This document shows, piece after piece, positions 1 to 9,815 of a DNA stretch of 64,000 nucleotides. The stretch's first letter is position 1, and each line of letters begins with the position of its first letter. The DNA comes from Microthrixaceae bacterium (GTDB taxonomy: Bacteria > Actinomycetota > Acidimicrobiia > Acidimicrobiales > Microtrichaceae): assembly GCA_020027475.1 (NCBI GenBank), contig JAHRAZ010000118.1:24929-88928 (forward strand), given 5' to 3'. The translations under genes were made by a program, and so were the position numbers. The notes beneath the pieces are model-generated. The model did no database searches, was not told where the DNA came from, and saw only the letters and a program-made list of their open reading frames with translations.

Positions 1-1988
1 AGAGCCTCGGCATCGACCGGCGCCATCTCCACATATGGACGTTCGGGATGCAGCATGCGGAGTACTCCGGAACGAGAGGTGCGGGTCTGGGTATGCCACT
101 GACTGGCTGAACCCCGCCCGGTGAGCAGGATCATGGGGAACTCGATCGAAGGTTGTTCGGGGGGTGCTCGAGTGGCCTCATAGAGGAACCGGGCTCTCCC
201 GTCGGGGGTGAAGAAGCGACCGTCGGCGAATAGTCGGCGTTCTGCCCCGCGCTCCATTGGTGAGCCCGCAGGCGCAGGCCACTGAATGCCATCCAAGTCA
301 TCAAGCAACCGATAACTCGAGATGCCGCTCATGTCACACGGTTGGCCCCGCGAGAGCTGGCCCAACAGATCGAAAGTTGCTTCGGGTGACGACCACTTCT
401 CGAACATGTCACCACAGCCCCACGCGTCCGCCACCATTTTGAAGATGGTGAAGTCGGCCAGCGCATGGCCCGGAGCGCGGCGCACCTTCTTGACGACTGT
501 GATGCGACGCTCAGAATTTATGAACGTGCCGTCCTTCTCGGCCCAGCCGGCCGCCGGCAGCACGAGGTCGGCCTGATGTGCAGTTTCGGTATCGGCATAC
601 AGGTCCTGCACCACCAGGTAGTCGAGGCGGTCGAGAACATCGCGGCATTCGGTCTGGTTGATCCACGAATGCGAGGTGTTGGTGGCGATGACCCAGAGTC
701 CCCGAATGTCACCAGAGGAGATTCCGGCCATGATCTGGTCGTACGCCCAGCTCGGATTTCGTGGAATTACGTCGTCGGAGACCCCCAGTGTCGCTGTGAC
801 CTTGGCTCGGGCCTCGGGGTCGGCGAAATCGTGACCACCAAGCAGGTTGGTCGTGTTCGAGTACAGGCGCGAGCCCATCGCATTGCACTGGCCGGTGATG
901 GAGTTGGCACCGGTGCCTGGTCTTCCCATGTTGCCGGTCATCAGAGCCAGATTGATGATTGCCTGGGCGGTGCGAACCCCCTGATGGCTTTGGTTGACGC
1001 CCATTGTCCACCAGAACGAGACTCTCCTCCCTTCGGCGATCAGGTGAGCGAGTTCGTCCACTCGCTCCACCGGCAGCCCCGCTTCCGAAGCAGCCCGCGT
1101 CAATGGATACGACGACAGGAACCGTTCCATGTCGGCGAAGCCGTTGGTATGCGCCCCCACGTAATCTTCATCCACCGCTCCGAGCTCGATGAGCCGACGG
1201 GCGACCCCGTAGAGCAGGGCCAGATCGCTCTTTGGATGGATCGCATAGTGGTGAGTGGAGGCCACGGCGGTCTCGGTTCGCCGGGGGTCAACCACAATGA
1301 TCTCGGGATTGTTGGGGTTTGCCATGACCCTCTCCCACATGATCGGGTGCGAAATGGCCAGATTCGACCCGATCAAGACGATGACGTCGCTGATCTCCAG
1401 GTCAGCGTATGTGAATGGTGGAGCATCGAAGCCGAACGCATGCTTGTAGGCCTCAACAGCGGTGGCCATGCACTGACGGGTACTCCCGTCACCGTGCTCG
1501 ATACCCATGCCGAACCGCGTCAACGCACCAAGCAGCGCCATTTCCTCGGTGGTGATCTGACCAGTCGACAGAAACGCCACAGAGGCCGGGCCGTGCTCAG
1601 CCTGAACGGACTTGAAGTTCTCGGTGAACAGGCGCAGGGCAGTAGGCCAGTCGACGGCTTTGAGCTTGCCGCCCCTTGTTCTGACCATGGGCGTTGTGGC
1701 GCGGTCGGCAGCCTCCATGGGTGCAAGTGACTCCCAGCCTTTGGGACAGGCCATGCCCCGATTGACCGGATGGCCTGCCGTCGGAGTCAACCCGATCGCC
1801 TCGCCGTGGCGCAGGTGAAGTGTCAAGGAACATCCGGTGCTGCAGTACCCGCAGGTCATTTGTGTCGTGGCGTCAGGCACCGCGGTTGCCGGGAGCGTTC
1901 CCAGTCCGAATCCAGCGGGTACGCGACTGAGCTCACGCGTTCGAGGGCCATCGTGGACTCGGAGGCGATCACCGAGTGACGGTTTCAT
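1..1988 (-). CDS. nasA: Molybdopterin (bis-MGD) oxidoreductase resembling an assimilatory nitrate reductase catalytic subunit; the 3' end runs off the left window edge
   Basis: Absent from the supplied ORF track because it is open at the window edge. Manual minus-strand translation from the ATG at 1986-1988 is uninterrupted to position 1. It reads [11 protein letters not shown]...[16 protein letters not shown]...GMACPKGW (N-terminal Cys cluster typical of Mo-bisMGD enzymes)...[14 protein letters not shown]...[12 protein letters not shown]...ITGQCNAMG...[20 protein letters not shown] overlap with the upstream FeS gene. narK/nirBD context. Confidence 0.85.
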   Translation of the reverse strand, partial: MKPSLGDRLRVHDGPRTRELSRVPAGFGLGTLPATAVPDATTQMTCGYCSTGCSLTLHLRHGEAIGLTPTAGHPVNRGMACPKGWESLAPMEAADRATTPMVRTRGGKLKAVDWPTALRLFTENFKSVQAEHGPASVAFLSTGQITTEEMALLGALTRFGMGIEHGDGSTRQCMATAVEAYKHAFGFDAPPFTYADLEISDVIVLIGSNLAISHPIMWERVMANPNNPEIIVVDPRRTETAVASTHHYAIHPKSDLALLYGVARRLIELGAVDEDYVGAHTNGFADMERFLSSYPLTRAASEAGLPVERVDELAHLIAEGRRVSFWWTMGVNQSHQGVRTAQAIINLALMTGNMGRPGTGANSITGQCNAMGSRLYSNTTNLLGGHDFADPEARAKVTATLGVSDDVIPRNPSWAYDQIMAGISSGDIRGLWVIATNTSHSWINQTECRDVLDRLDYLVVQDLYADTETAHQADLVLPAAGWAEKDGTFINSERRITVVKKVRRAPGHALADFTIFKMVADAWGCGDMFEKWSSPEATFDLLGQLSRGQPCDMSGISSYRLLDDLDGIQWPAPAGSPMERGAERRLFADGRFFTPDGRARFLYEATRAPPEQPSIEFPMILLTGRGSASQWHTQTRTSRSGVLRMLHPERPYVEMAPVDAEA

Positions 1989-3631
1989 CGGGGGATGCCC
2001 GGCATGCCAGGCCCGACGGAAGCCGTGAAAAACTGCAATCGCCCAATCATCTGACCCGCCAACAGAATCACCAAAGCAATTGCAGCTGCCATGGTCGATC
2101 GAGCGCCGTCGAAGGTCAGCAAGACCGCCGGGGCGGCGACGCTGCCCGCAATGACAAGCACAAGACGGGCGCCGGTCTGGCGTCGCAGTGGACCCAGGAG
2201 GAGTCGAACGCTGCGAGCCGCATGCTCGTCCACGTGCCGGCGCAGGAGAAACCAGATATCGAGTCCGACAATTGTCACGCCTGCGAACAGGACGGCCCAA
2301 AGCAACCAATCCACCGCATGCTCAGCACCTCTTGGCGTCGAAGATCCAATCAACAGCGCTGAGGTCAACAATGCTCCGCCGGCCGTCGCTGTGAGCACGA
2401 ACTCGGGCAGGATTCGACTTAGCCGCCACAGCGGCCGATGTGTGACGGAGTAAACGAACGCAGAGCAGACCACGCCGACGATCCCCGCCATCGCTCCAGC
2501 CACCACCACAGATTCGGCAACGGAGGCTGGCACCGAGATCGCCCCCGAGACCACAGCGGCACCAGCTACCGCAAGACCGCCATAGGCGGAGAACGCCGCT
2601 ATCTCGCGGCTGAGCCAACTGTGGCGGAGCCCCAGGAATGCTCGCCACGCCATGAGCGGCCGGCCCAAGTGCAACAGACTCGCCGCCATGGCCATCACCC
2701 CGAGGAGCGCTGCGCCGACCGCTGATCCTCTGGCGAGGACCGGACCGGGAGAGCCTTCCAGAGGCGCTGTTGCAAGTGCCGCCAGGTAGCCGCCGACACT
2801 GAGCTGGGTCAGCACGAGCATCACCGCCAGCGGCGGGTGGCTTCTGCAAGGGTGGAGATCATCGGCATCCAGGGCCATCGCAGTCAGGGGTAGGCCGGAT
2901 CTGGACCTGTAGATCGTGGTCGGCTTGGTGATGTCACTGGGGGGTGCTCCGGGGAGGAGTTGTCCAGCACCGCTGTGCACCGCACCACGGGCGCCTGACA
3001 CATCGATCAGGCCAATGGCGATTGCACCGGTCGGGCATGCCTGCACGCAGGCTGGAGCTTCACCGTTGGCCAGCCGGTCACTACACATGTCGCACTTGCG
3101 GACCACACCCAGACGCCGATTCAGGGTCGGTACCTCATATGGGCAGGTCAGTTCGCAGTAGGAGCAGCCGATGCACTGGTCATCGAGGTGTTCGACGATC
3201 CCGGTGAGAGGATCCTTGGTGTAGGCGTCCACCGGGCAACCGGAGAGGCAAGCCGGGTCCACACAGTGATGACATGCGGTTGTCACATGTTGACGCACGG
3301 ACTCCGCTCCGCTTGCAGCGATCAGCACACCCACCGACCGGAAGGCCTCTGAATCGTCGAGACCGTTCAAACTGTGACAAGCAGTCACGCACGCCTTGCA
3401 TCCGGAGCATTGATCCAGATCGACCTCAAACCGATACTGCTGCCCCGGGCCGGGTGAGGTTGCCGGCAGGAGATCACGGTAGTGGTGCTCATGCGCGGGG
3501 ACTTTCTCGACCTGGTGGCGCTGAACGAATCGATCCACCGCGGTGAGTTCCTGCTGTTCGCGGAGCCACCCGTCGAGGGGTGTGCGCGCCTCAAGTGGAG
3601 CAACGACCTCGGGGCATTCGATGACTGTCAC
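1985..3631 (-). CDS. Fusion protein: a four-cluster 4Fe-4S ferredoxin domain (DmsB/NrfC-like) joined to a C-terminal DmsC-like polytopic membrane anchor of about 8 TM helices
   Basis: Four Cys motifs: [37 protein letters not shown] and CDMCSDRL...CVQACP. These are followed by about 8 hydrophobic helices ([20 protein letters not shown] ... [19 protein letters not shown]). GTG start at 3631 overlaps the narK stop (GTGA). The stop overlaps the nasA-like ATG. Confidence 0.8.
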   Translation of the reverse strand: MTVIECPEVVAPLEARTPLDGWLREQQELTAVDRFVQRHQVEKVPAHEHHYRDLLPATSPGPGQQYRFEVDLDQCSGCKACVTACHSLNGLDDSEAFRSVGVLIAASGAESVRQHVTTACHHCVDPACLSGCPVDAYTKDPLTGIVEHLDDQCIGCSYCELTCPYEVPTLNRRLGVVRKCDMCSDRLANGEAPACVQACPTGAIAIGLIDVSGARGAVHSGAGQLLPGAPPSDITKPTTIYRSRSGLPLTAMALDADDLHPCRSHPPLAVMLVLTQLSVGGYLAALATAPLEGSPGPVLARGSAVGAALLGVMAMAASLLHLGRPLMAWRAFLGLRHSWLSREIAAFSAYGGLAVAGAAVVSGAISVPASVAESVVVAGAMAGIVGVVCSAFVYSVTHRPLWRLSRILPEFVLTATAGGALLTSALLIGSSTPRGAEHAVDWLLWAVLFAGVTIVGLDIWFLLRRHVDEHAARSVRLLLGPLRRQTGARLVLVIAGSVAAPAVLLTFDGARSTMAAAIALVILLAGQMIGRLQFFTASVGPGMPGIPR

Positions 3632-5175
3632 GACACACCCACAAGAGGGCGATGACGGCGTTCGGGACAGTCCTGAGGCTCGCCCACCGACACTTCGGCC
3701 GTGGCTCCGGCGGATGGCTCCACCAGAAACCGGTTGAGGGTGACGCCAACGATGGCAGCGGCGGCGAGGATGACGAAGAACGCCGACGGATCCACAAGCG
3801 AAGATATCGTGATGAAGACGACCCCGCCGATGATGCCGTAGGCGCCCACCATTCCGGAGATCTGACCGGACACCCGCTTCTTGACCAGTGGAACGATGGC
3901 AAAGACCGCCCCTTCACCCGACTGAACGAAGAACGAGCACATCATGGTGGCCACGACGGCCAGACCCCATGGCCATTGCGGTCCGATGGTGGACATCATG
4001 AGATAGCCGCCGACGAGTCCGACCATGAGGGCGCGCAACGTTCGTCGGCGGCTGCCGAACAAGTCTGAGAGCAGTCCGCCCACCGGTCTGGACACGAGGT
4101 TCATGAAGGCAAATCCGGAAGCCGCTACTCCGGCCATGGCCGGACCCAGACCCCAGAGATCGGCGAAGAATGCCGGCAGCATGGTGACAACCGCCAACTC
4201 TGATCCAAACGTGCAGAAATAGGCTCCGCACAACACAGCCACGGAACGCATGGGGTACTGATCGTCTTGTGGGTACTCGTCGCTGAGCGCCGGTCGATTC
4301 ACCCGAATCACCTGTAGCACCTGAAACACAGTCAAAGCGATGACCGCCAACAGGATCACTGCCATGGCAGTATCCGACAAGAGGTTCACCGCCTTGACAC
4401 GCCATGCGATAAGGGCCAGGACTCCCGTCAGGGGCACTGTCAGAGCCACCAATCCCAAGACCGCCGCCGGCGAAGTCACCTCGAGTGCGCCCTGACGGCG
4501 GGGACGAACGTAGGTAATCCCCTCGGGAGTGTCTTCGACCGCGCGGAAGTAGAAGCATCCATATGCAGCAGCTATCACACCAGTTGAGGCGATGGCCCAT
4601 CGCCATCCCCCGTCGCCCCCGAGAACACCGGCGACCACTGGTAGCGAGAAAGCTGCCGCGGCAGAACCAAAGTTTCCCCAGCCTCCGTAGATCCCTTCGG
4701 CTGTCCCTACCTCGCGTGCTGGGAACCATTCGGACACCATCCGGATTCCAACGACAAACCCGGCTCCCACAACACTGAGGGCAACCCGTGCCAAAACCAT
4801 CGCCTCGAAGGAAGTGGCGAACGCGAACAGGACCGTCGGAACCGCCGAATAGATGAGGACCGCCGAAAACACTCGTCGAGGACCCCAACGGTCGAGCGCC
4901 ATTCCGAGCAAGACCCTCGCCGGCACCGTCAAGGCCACGTTGGCGAGCCCGATCGTGACCATCTGCTCGCTGGTCAGCCCCAGCTGGTCGGCGATCGTGT
5001 ATGCGAAAGGAGCGAAACTGAACCACACGACGAAGCTCAGGAAGAAGGCGAACCAGGTCAGGTGAAGAATCCGATATCGGCCGGTGAAGCTCCAGAGGTC
5101 CAGGACACGTCCCCGCGCGGAGTCACCGTGCCCTGCTTTCGCAGAGTGGCCGGGATGGTCGGTCGTATTCTCCAT
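3628..5175 (-). CDS. narK: MFS nitrate/nitrite transporter (NNP family)
   Basis: 515-aa polytopic ORF with NNP-like glycine motifs GGWGNFGSAAAAF and GAYGIIGGVVF. ATG at 5173-5175. Sits between nirBD/nnaR and the nitrate reductase genes. Confidence 0.85.
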   Translation of the reverse strand: MENTTDHPGHSAKAGHGDSARGRVLDLWSFTGRYRILHLTWFAFFLSFVVWFSFAPFAYTIADQLGLTSEQMVTIGLANVALTVPARVLLGMALDRWGPRRVFSAVLIYSAVPTVLFAFATSFEAMVLARVALSVVGAGFVVGIRMVSEWFPAREVGTAEGIYGGWGNFGSAAAAFSLPVVAGVLGGDGGWRWAIASTGVIAAAYGCFYFRAVEDTPEGITYVRPRRQGALEVTSPAAVLGLVALTVPLTGVLALIAWRVKAVNLLSDTAMAVILLAVIALTVFQVLQVIRVNRPALSDEYPQDDQYPMRSVAVLCGAYFCTFGSELAVVTMLPAFFADLWGLGPAMAGVAASGFAFMNLVSRPVGGLLSDLFGSRRRTLRALMVGLVGGYLMMSTIGPQWPWGLAVVATMMCSFFVQSGEGAVFAIVPLVKKRVSGQISGMVGAYGIIGGVVFITISSLVDPSAFFVILAAAAIVGVTLNRFLVEPSAGATAEVSVGEPQDCPERRHRPLVGVS

Positions 5176-5316
5176 GACCGAACACTCCCGGATGGACTTT
5201 TCGCAGCCGGGTCACCGGCGTGAACATCACCGCGCCGACACCGCACGCCATCGGTGCTCCCGCCGAGAGGGTTCTCATGCCTGCCAGGGTGCCGAGAGGT
5301 CGGACACGCAAAGGTT

Positions 5317-5346
5317 CCCTCAGGTGTCGAGCCCTCAGGTGTCGAG
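5317..5346. repeat. Perfect 15-bp tandem duplication (ccctcaggtgtcgag x2) spanning the stop codon of the nnaR-like gene
   Basis: Read directly: 5317-5331 and 5332-5346 are identical. The minus-strand stop (tca, 5335-5337) lies in the second copy. Confidence 0.9.
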
Positions 5347-6519
5347 TCGATATCCCCTTCGCACAACCGTCTGGATCGCGTCTGGGACTTGATGGAGACG
5401 CTGGCGAAGTCGGGCGATGACGACCTCCACCACATGGCCGTCAGCCTCGCCTCTCTCCCAGAGCGTACGAAGGAGGTACTCCTTCGACACGACCGCCCCA
5501 GGTCTTTCCGCAAGTGCAGCGAGCACTCCGCTTTCTCGGTGGGTGAGCACGATCGGCACCTCGGCATCCACCGTCACCATCCGCCCTTGAATGACGATCT
5601 CGTGTCCACCGGCGAGGAAAGCCAAGCGCCGATCCGCAAAGTGGCCGACCACGAGCTGAACCATGGCACCCAGCCGGGCACAGGCGGGTGTGGCCGGAGC
5701 CCGGATTCCTGCCTCGGTGGCGGCAACAGCACAGATCGGACCGATAAAGACCGGTGCCACGCTGGAGTTGAGTCTGGCTATCACTTCATGGGCGACCTCC
5801 AAATGCTCCGCAGCATCAAGAAAGCCGTTCAGAGCGCGACGGGAGGTGAATGTCACAGCGTCGACCCGGCTGTCAACCACGGAGCTGACCAGACGGTTGA
5901 TCGGCTCAGCGTTGGTTGGCGGCCCGATGCGGTACACGGGTACCTCTGTCACCCGGGCAGCCCCCAACTCCCAGAGTCCGCTCACGAGCCCATTCGACGA
6001 CGAGCCGTCGAGCTGAACAGCCATGTGCTCACCACCGATTTCCTCGGAGGCCAAGCGTGCCAGAATCTCCTCGCTCCCAGCAGATCCGGCAGTCCATGCC
6101 ACATCGAAACCTTCGGCGACCAGCGCTCCCGCCGCCTTGGCTCCCCGAGCCACGATTCGGGTGTCCGCCAGGGCGCGACGGAGCGCACCGAGCGCACCGA
6201 TACTCGCCGTGGCCTCTATCCACCAAAGGAACCCGATACCTGTCGTGATCACCAGAACATCAGGCGGCTGTGCAATTACCTGTTGCGTGGCCGGGTAGAT
6301 CTCGTCGAGCGGATCGAGACATTCCATCGACAGGGCCGGGCCAGCGATGATCTCCGCTCCCAGCCGCGACAAGAGGTGAGCCTGCTCGTCAGCGCGACGG
6401 TCAGCGGTAATCCCAACGACGTAACCGGCCAGCGGCAAATCCCCAGTCGGAGCCACTGGCGCGTGCACCGAGGATCCGACTCCTTTGGAAACTTGGAGGG
6501 AGTTCGAAGCCGCGGTCAC
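5335..6519 (-). CDS. nnaR: Uroporphyrinogen-III synthase (HemD) domain fused to a C-terminal OmpR/PhoB-type winged-helix DNA-binding domain; NnaR / Rv0260c-like nitrate-nitrite assimilation regulator
   Basis: The N-terminal ~250 aa are HemD-like. The C terminus (LTHRESGVLAALAERPGAVVSKEYLLRTLW...VVEVVIARLRQRL...IQTVVRRGYRL) is a Trans_reg_C-type winged helix. Located between narK and nirD, as in actinobacterial nnaR loci. GTG start. Confidence 0.75.
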   Translation of the reverse strand: MTAASNSLQVSKGVGSSVHAPVAPTGDLPLAGYVVGITADRRADEQAHLLSRLGAEIIAGPALSMECLDPLDEIYPATQQVIAQPPDVLVITTGIGFLWWIEATASIGALGALRRALADTRIVARGAKAAGALVAEGFDVAWTAGSAGSEEILARLASEEIGGEHMAVQLDGSSSNGLVSGLWELGAARVTEVPVYRIGPPTNAEPINRLVSSVVDSRVDAVTFTSRRALNGFLDAAEHLEVAHEVIARLNSSVAPVFIGPICAVAATEAGIRAPATPACARLGAMVQLVVGHFADRRLAFLAGGHEIVIQGRMVTVDAEVPIVLTHRESGVLAALAERPGAVVSKEYLLRTLWERGEADGHVVEVVIARLRQRLHQVPDAIQTVVRRGYRLDT

Positions 6520-6586
6520 CCGATCATTCTGCGAGGTGCCTGTTGCACCTTGATTCCGCCCTCAAGAACACTGGAAGAACAGCTGC

Positions 6587-7099
6587 TTACAGCATTGTTT
6601 CGGGAGCCATCGTTTCGGGTCTCTGGAGCAGGCGAGGCCCGCCAGCCCTCAGCGGTCGACGTGCAACAACCACTCGGCCCTGCGAGGTCAGCCGCACCGG
6701 GTACACGGCGAGGGAGACGGCATCGTCATCGAGGCAACGGCCGGTGACCAAGTCGAAGCGCTGTTTGTAGATCGGCGAAGCCACCGTCGCTGCGTCCCCG
6801 ACAGATCCCACCAGACCCCGCGCAATCACGTTGGCTCCACTGAAAGGATCATGATTGGCGACAGCATGCACAGACACATCTCCTGGCTCCACATCGTCTC
6901 CTGCTCCACCGCCGGCCGTCACCCGGACCTCGCCATTAGCTGCGCGGAGCACGAAGACGGCCACCTGCTCACCGCAGACCAGTGCCGCCACTCCACGGTC
7001 GAAACCGATCTCGCCAAGTCGACCTATGTCGACCTCCTCGACCTGGTGCTCGGGCGCAGAGGTCACAGACACCTGTGCTTGACTCAATGCCGGATTCAT
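6587..7099 (-). CDS. nirD: Nitrite reductase [NAD(P)H] small subunit, Rieske-like fold, longer than typical
   Basis: Contains ...HAVANHDPFSGANVIARGLVG...SPIYKQRFDLVTGRCLDD..., typical of NirD. ATGA overlap with the nirB stop at 7096-7099. At 170 aa it has an internal Gly/Asp-rich insert and a C-terminal tail. Confidence 0.85.
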   Translation of the reverse strand: MNPALSQAQVSVTSAPEHQVEEVDIGRLGEIGFDRGVAALVCGEQVAVFVLRAANGEVRVTAGGGAGDDVEPGDVSVHAVANHDPFSGANVIARGLVGSVGDAATVASPIYKQRFDLVTGRCLDDDAVSLAVYPVRLTSQGRVVVARRPLRAGGPRLLQRPETMAPETML

Positions 7100-9657
7100 C
7101 GGATTGCCACCGCCGTTTCTCTCTCGTCCTGGTTTGCCGGGCGGAGTTGGCCCCGCTCCTGCACGAACACGATCTCGGGATCCTCTTCACCCGGGGCGTT
7201 CACGAACGTAACGAAGCGGGCGAGGCGTTGCGGACTCTCCAGTGTCGCCTTCCACTCACACTCGTATGCGTCGACGTGGCGGCCCATTTCGAGCTCGAAC
7301 TCTGCGGCCAAACCGAGTGAGTCATCGATCACCACAGAGCGCAGGTGCTCAATGCCGCCGTCGAGCTTGCCCAACCACACCGAGGTACGCTCCAGTCGGT
7401 CTGCGGTACGTATGTAGAACATCAAGAAGCGGTCGATGTAGCGAATCAGCGTCTCATCGTCCAGATCGGTGGCGAAAAGGTCCGCGTGCCGCGGAGTCTT
7501 GCCCCCATTGCCACCCACGTAGAGATCCCAGCCCCGCTCGGTGGCGATCACACCAAAATCCTTGCTCTGTGCCTCGGCACATTCGCGGGCGCAACCGGAG
7601 ACAGCCGCCTTGAACTTGTGAGGAGCTCGCAGACCCCGATAGCGCTCCTCGATCCGGATCGCCATGGTGGTCGAGTCGGCGACTCCATAACGGCACCATG
7701 TCTGACCGACACAGCTCTTCACTGTGCGCAGCGCCTTCCCGTAGGCGTGCCCAGACTCAAGTCCTGCATCGAGCACCCGTCGCCAGATCTCGGGGAGTTC
7801 CCCGATCGTGGCTCCGAACATGTCGATGCGTTGTCCGCCCGTAATCTTCGTGTACAGGCCGAAATCCTTGGCGATCTGACCGAGGGCGATGAGCTGGTCG
7901 GGCGTGATCTCACCACCGGGCACGCGAGGCACCACTGAGTAAGTGCCATTCTTCTGCATGTTGGCGAGAAAGTGGTCGTTCGTGTCCTGAAGGCCGGCCT
8001 GGTCACCGTCGAGGATGTAGCCGGTGGATCGGGATGCAAGAATTGACCCAACGACCGGTCGGCAGGTCCCACAACCGAGCCCGCGCCCATGGGCCGATAG
8101 CACCTCGGCGAAACTGGCGTGGCCACGCACACGAACAAGGTCATAGAGCTCCTGGCGGGAGTACTCGAAATGCTCGCAGAGCGCCGAGGAGACCGCCACC
8201 CCGGCCCGGGTCAGTTCTCCGCGCAGCAGGTCGGTCACCATCGGCACACACGCACCGCAGCCCGTCCCAGCCCGGGTGATCGCCTGAAGATCACCGATGA
8301 CATGACATCCCGCCGCGACCGCCTCGGTCAGCGTGGCCTTGTCAACCGATTCACAATTGCAGATCTGGGCATCGTCGGCCAGTGCGGCAACGCCACATGC
8401 TCCTGGGTCACCGCTTCCGACGACCATCGACCCCAACATGGCTCCGGGGTCATCGGGTGTGGCCATCGCGCCCAGCGACATCATCGACAGTTGGGAATAC
8501 GCCGTTGCGTCGCCGACAAGCTGGCCGCCAAGCACTTGACCGGAATCGCGACAAACGACCAGACGTTGATAGATGCCGGCTCTCGGATCCTCGAAGATGA
8601 TTGATTCGGCGCTCGCCTGTCGTCCGTGTGCGTCGCCGAAACTGGCCACGTCCACGCCGAGAAGCTTCAGTTTGGCATTGAGGTCGGCGCCCTCGAATGT
8701 CGTTCCCCGGCCACAGAGACCGTCGGCCACGACCTCGGCCATCTGGTATCCGGGGGCCACCAAACCGTAGGTCGTGCCGCGGTGGGACGCACATTCACCG
8801 ATCGCGAAAATGTCGGGGTCGGAAGTGCGCAGCTCGTCGTCCACCACAAACCCGCCGCGTTCCCCACGGAGCAGTCCGGACGACTCGGCCAGGAAATCCC
8901 GCGGTCGGATTCCAGCGGAGAACACCACCATTTGTGCCTCCAGCAGTGTTCCGTCGCCAAACCTGAGTCCGGTCACGGGGCCAGCCCCACCCTCACCATG
9001 GATCGCATTGGTGGCTGTGTCCGTGTGTACTCCCAAACCGAGCGCCTCAACATGGGTGCGCAGTGTTGCACCGCCGACCGGATCCAATTGCGCAGGCATC
9101 AGCTGAGGGGAGAATTCTACGACATGAGTTTCGAGATTCAGGTTGCGCAGCGCATTGGCAGCCTCCAGACCGAGCAAGCCGCCCCCGATCACCACACCGG
9201 TGCAGACTCCGGGCCAGTCGGCCCAGGCCCGGATGTCCTGGAGGTCGTCGATCGTGCGATACACAAAGACGCCCTCACGACGATTGCCCGTGATGTCGGG
9301 TACGAAAGGGTAGGAACCCGTCGCCAGGACAATCCGATCGTAAGGCACCTCGTCACCACTCGATGTGATCACAACCCGTCTGGCCCGGTCGATGCCCGTG
9401 GCCCGCTGGCCAACCCGGAGGTCAACGCCACTTCGTCGGGCGAACCCATCGTCGACAAGGCTCAGGTCTTCGGCGGTGCGGCCTTCGAAGAAACTGCTGA
9501 GTGCCACTCGGTCGTATGCAACCCGGGATTCCTCACAAAACGTCGTAATGGTCCAATCGTCGGACAGCCCGTGTCCAACTGCCCGTTCGAGGAAGCGCTG
9601 CCCAACCATCCCGTTGCCGATGACCACCAAACGGGGCTTCTGCTCTTGTGATGCCAT
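7096..9657 (-). CDS. nirB: Nitrite reductase [NAD(P)H] large subunit (FAD/NAD, BFD-like 2Fe-2S, siroheme/4Fe-4S domains)
   Basis: KPRLVVIGNGMVGQRF dinucleotide fold, a CNCESV...CGACV BFD-like region, and SGCARECAEAQSKDFG siroheme-FeS motif. I prefer the ATG at 9655-9657; the ORF track starts 9 nt earlier at the GTG at 9666. Confidence 0.95.
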   Translation of the reverse strand: MASQEQKPRLVVIGNGMVGQRFLERAVGHGLSDDWTITTFCEESRVAYDRVALSSFFEGRTAEDLSLVDDGFARRSGVDLRVGQRATGIDRARRVVITSSGDEVPYDRIVLATGSYPFVPDITGNRREGVFVYRTIDDLQDIRAWADWPGVCTGVVIGGGLLGLEAANALRNLNLETHVVEFSPQLMPAQLDPVGGATLRTHVEALGLGVHTDTATNAIHGEGGAGPVTGLRFGDGTLLEAQMVVFSAGIRPRDFLAESSGLLRGERGGFVVDDELRTSDPDIFAIGECASHRGTTYGLVAPGYQMAEVVADGLCGRGTTFEGADLNAKLKLLGVDVASFGDAHGRQASAESIIFEDPRAGIYQRLVVCRDSGQVLGGQLVGDATAYSQLSMMSLGAMATPDDPGAMLGSMVVGSGDPGACGVAALADDAQICNCESVDKATLTEAVAAGCHVIGDLQAITRAGTGCGACVPMVTDLLRGELTRAGVAVSSALCEHFEYSRQELYDLVRVRGHASFAEVLSAHGRGLGCGTCRPVVGSILASRSTGYILDGDQAGLQDTNDHFLANMQKNGTYSVVPRVPGGEITPDQLIALGQIAKDFGLYTKITGGQRIDMFGATIGELPEIWRRVLDAGLESGHAYGKALRTVKSCVGQTWCRYGVADSTTMAIRIEERYRGLRAPHKFKAAVSGCARECAEAQSKDFGVIATERGWDLYVGGNGGKTPRHADLFATDLDDETLIRYIDRFLMFYIRTADRLERTSVWLGKLDGGIEHLRSVVIDDSLGLAAEFELEMGRHVDAYECEWKATLESPQRLARFVTFVNAPGEEDPEIVFVQERGQLRPANQDERETAVAIR

Positions 9658-9753
9658 GGGGATCACAGTGCCAAGACGGAGTTGCCACCAGTTTGCCGTA
9701 CCGTGAAGCGTCCGAAACGGCTATCCCCCGAAGGTCTGTCAGCCCGAGAGGGA

Positions 9754-9782
9754 CCTCACAGTGCGCAAGTGCGAGTGTGAGG
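9754..9782 (-). terminator. Candidate hairpin between the gamma-CA-like gene and the nirB promoter region
   Basis: cctcaca (9754-9760) pairs with tgtgagg (9776-9782), leaving a 15-nt loop. It lies 34 nt past the stop of the upstream minus-strand gene. No U-tract. Confidence 0.3.
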
Positions 9783-9815
9783 CGCCTCGGCTCCGGAATG
9801 GATCACCCGCCGGAT

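Noticed and set aside
465-1730. 421-aa plus-strand ORF, the longest track entry in the first 2 kb
   Set aside because: It lies antisense to an uninterrupted minus-strand frame with clear Mo-bisMGD oxidoreductase motifs. Its composition is Arg/Gly/Val-rich with no motif, as in a GC-driven shadow ORF.
3914-5026. 370-aa minus-strand ORF inside narK
   Set aside because: It is an alternative frame of the same strand as narK. The translation is Arg/Gly-rich and low-complexity, whereas the narK frame gives a coherent 12-TM-type transporter.
5254-6747. 497-aa plus-strand ORF
   Set aside because: It lies antisense to the nnaR-like gene and to the start of nirD. It shows no recognisable domain and has shadow-ORF composition.
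8626-9651. 341-aa plus-strand ORF
   Set aside because: It lies antisense to nirB, which carries unambiguous motifs.
9703-9718. GlnR-box-like half site GTGAA-n6-GAAAC upstream of nirB (a similar GTCAC-n6-GAACA lies upstream of narK near 5205-5220)
   Set aside because: Only one a/b pair with mismatches is present, not a full tandem box. That is too weak to call by eye without a position weight matrix scan.
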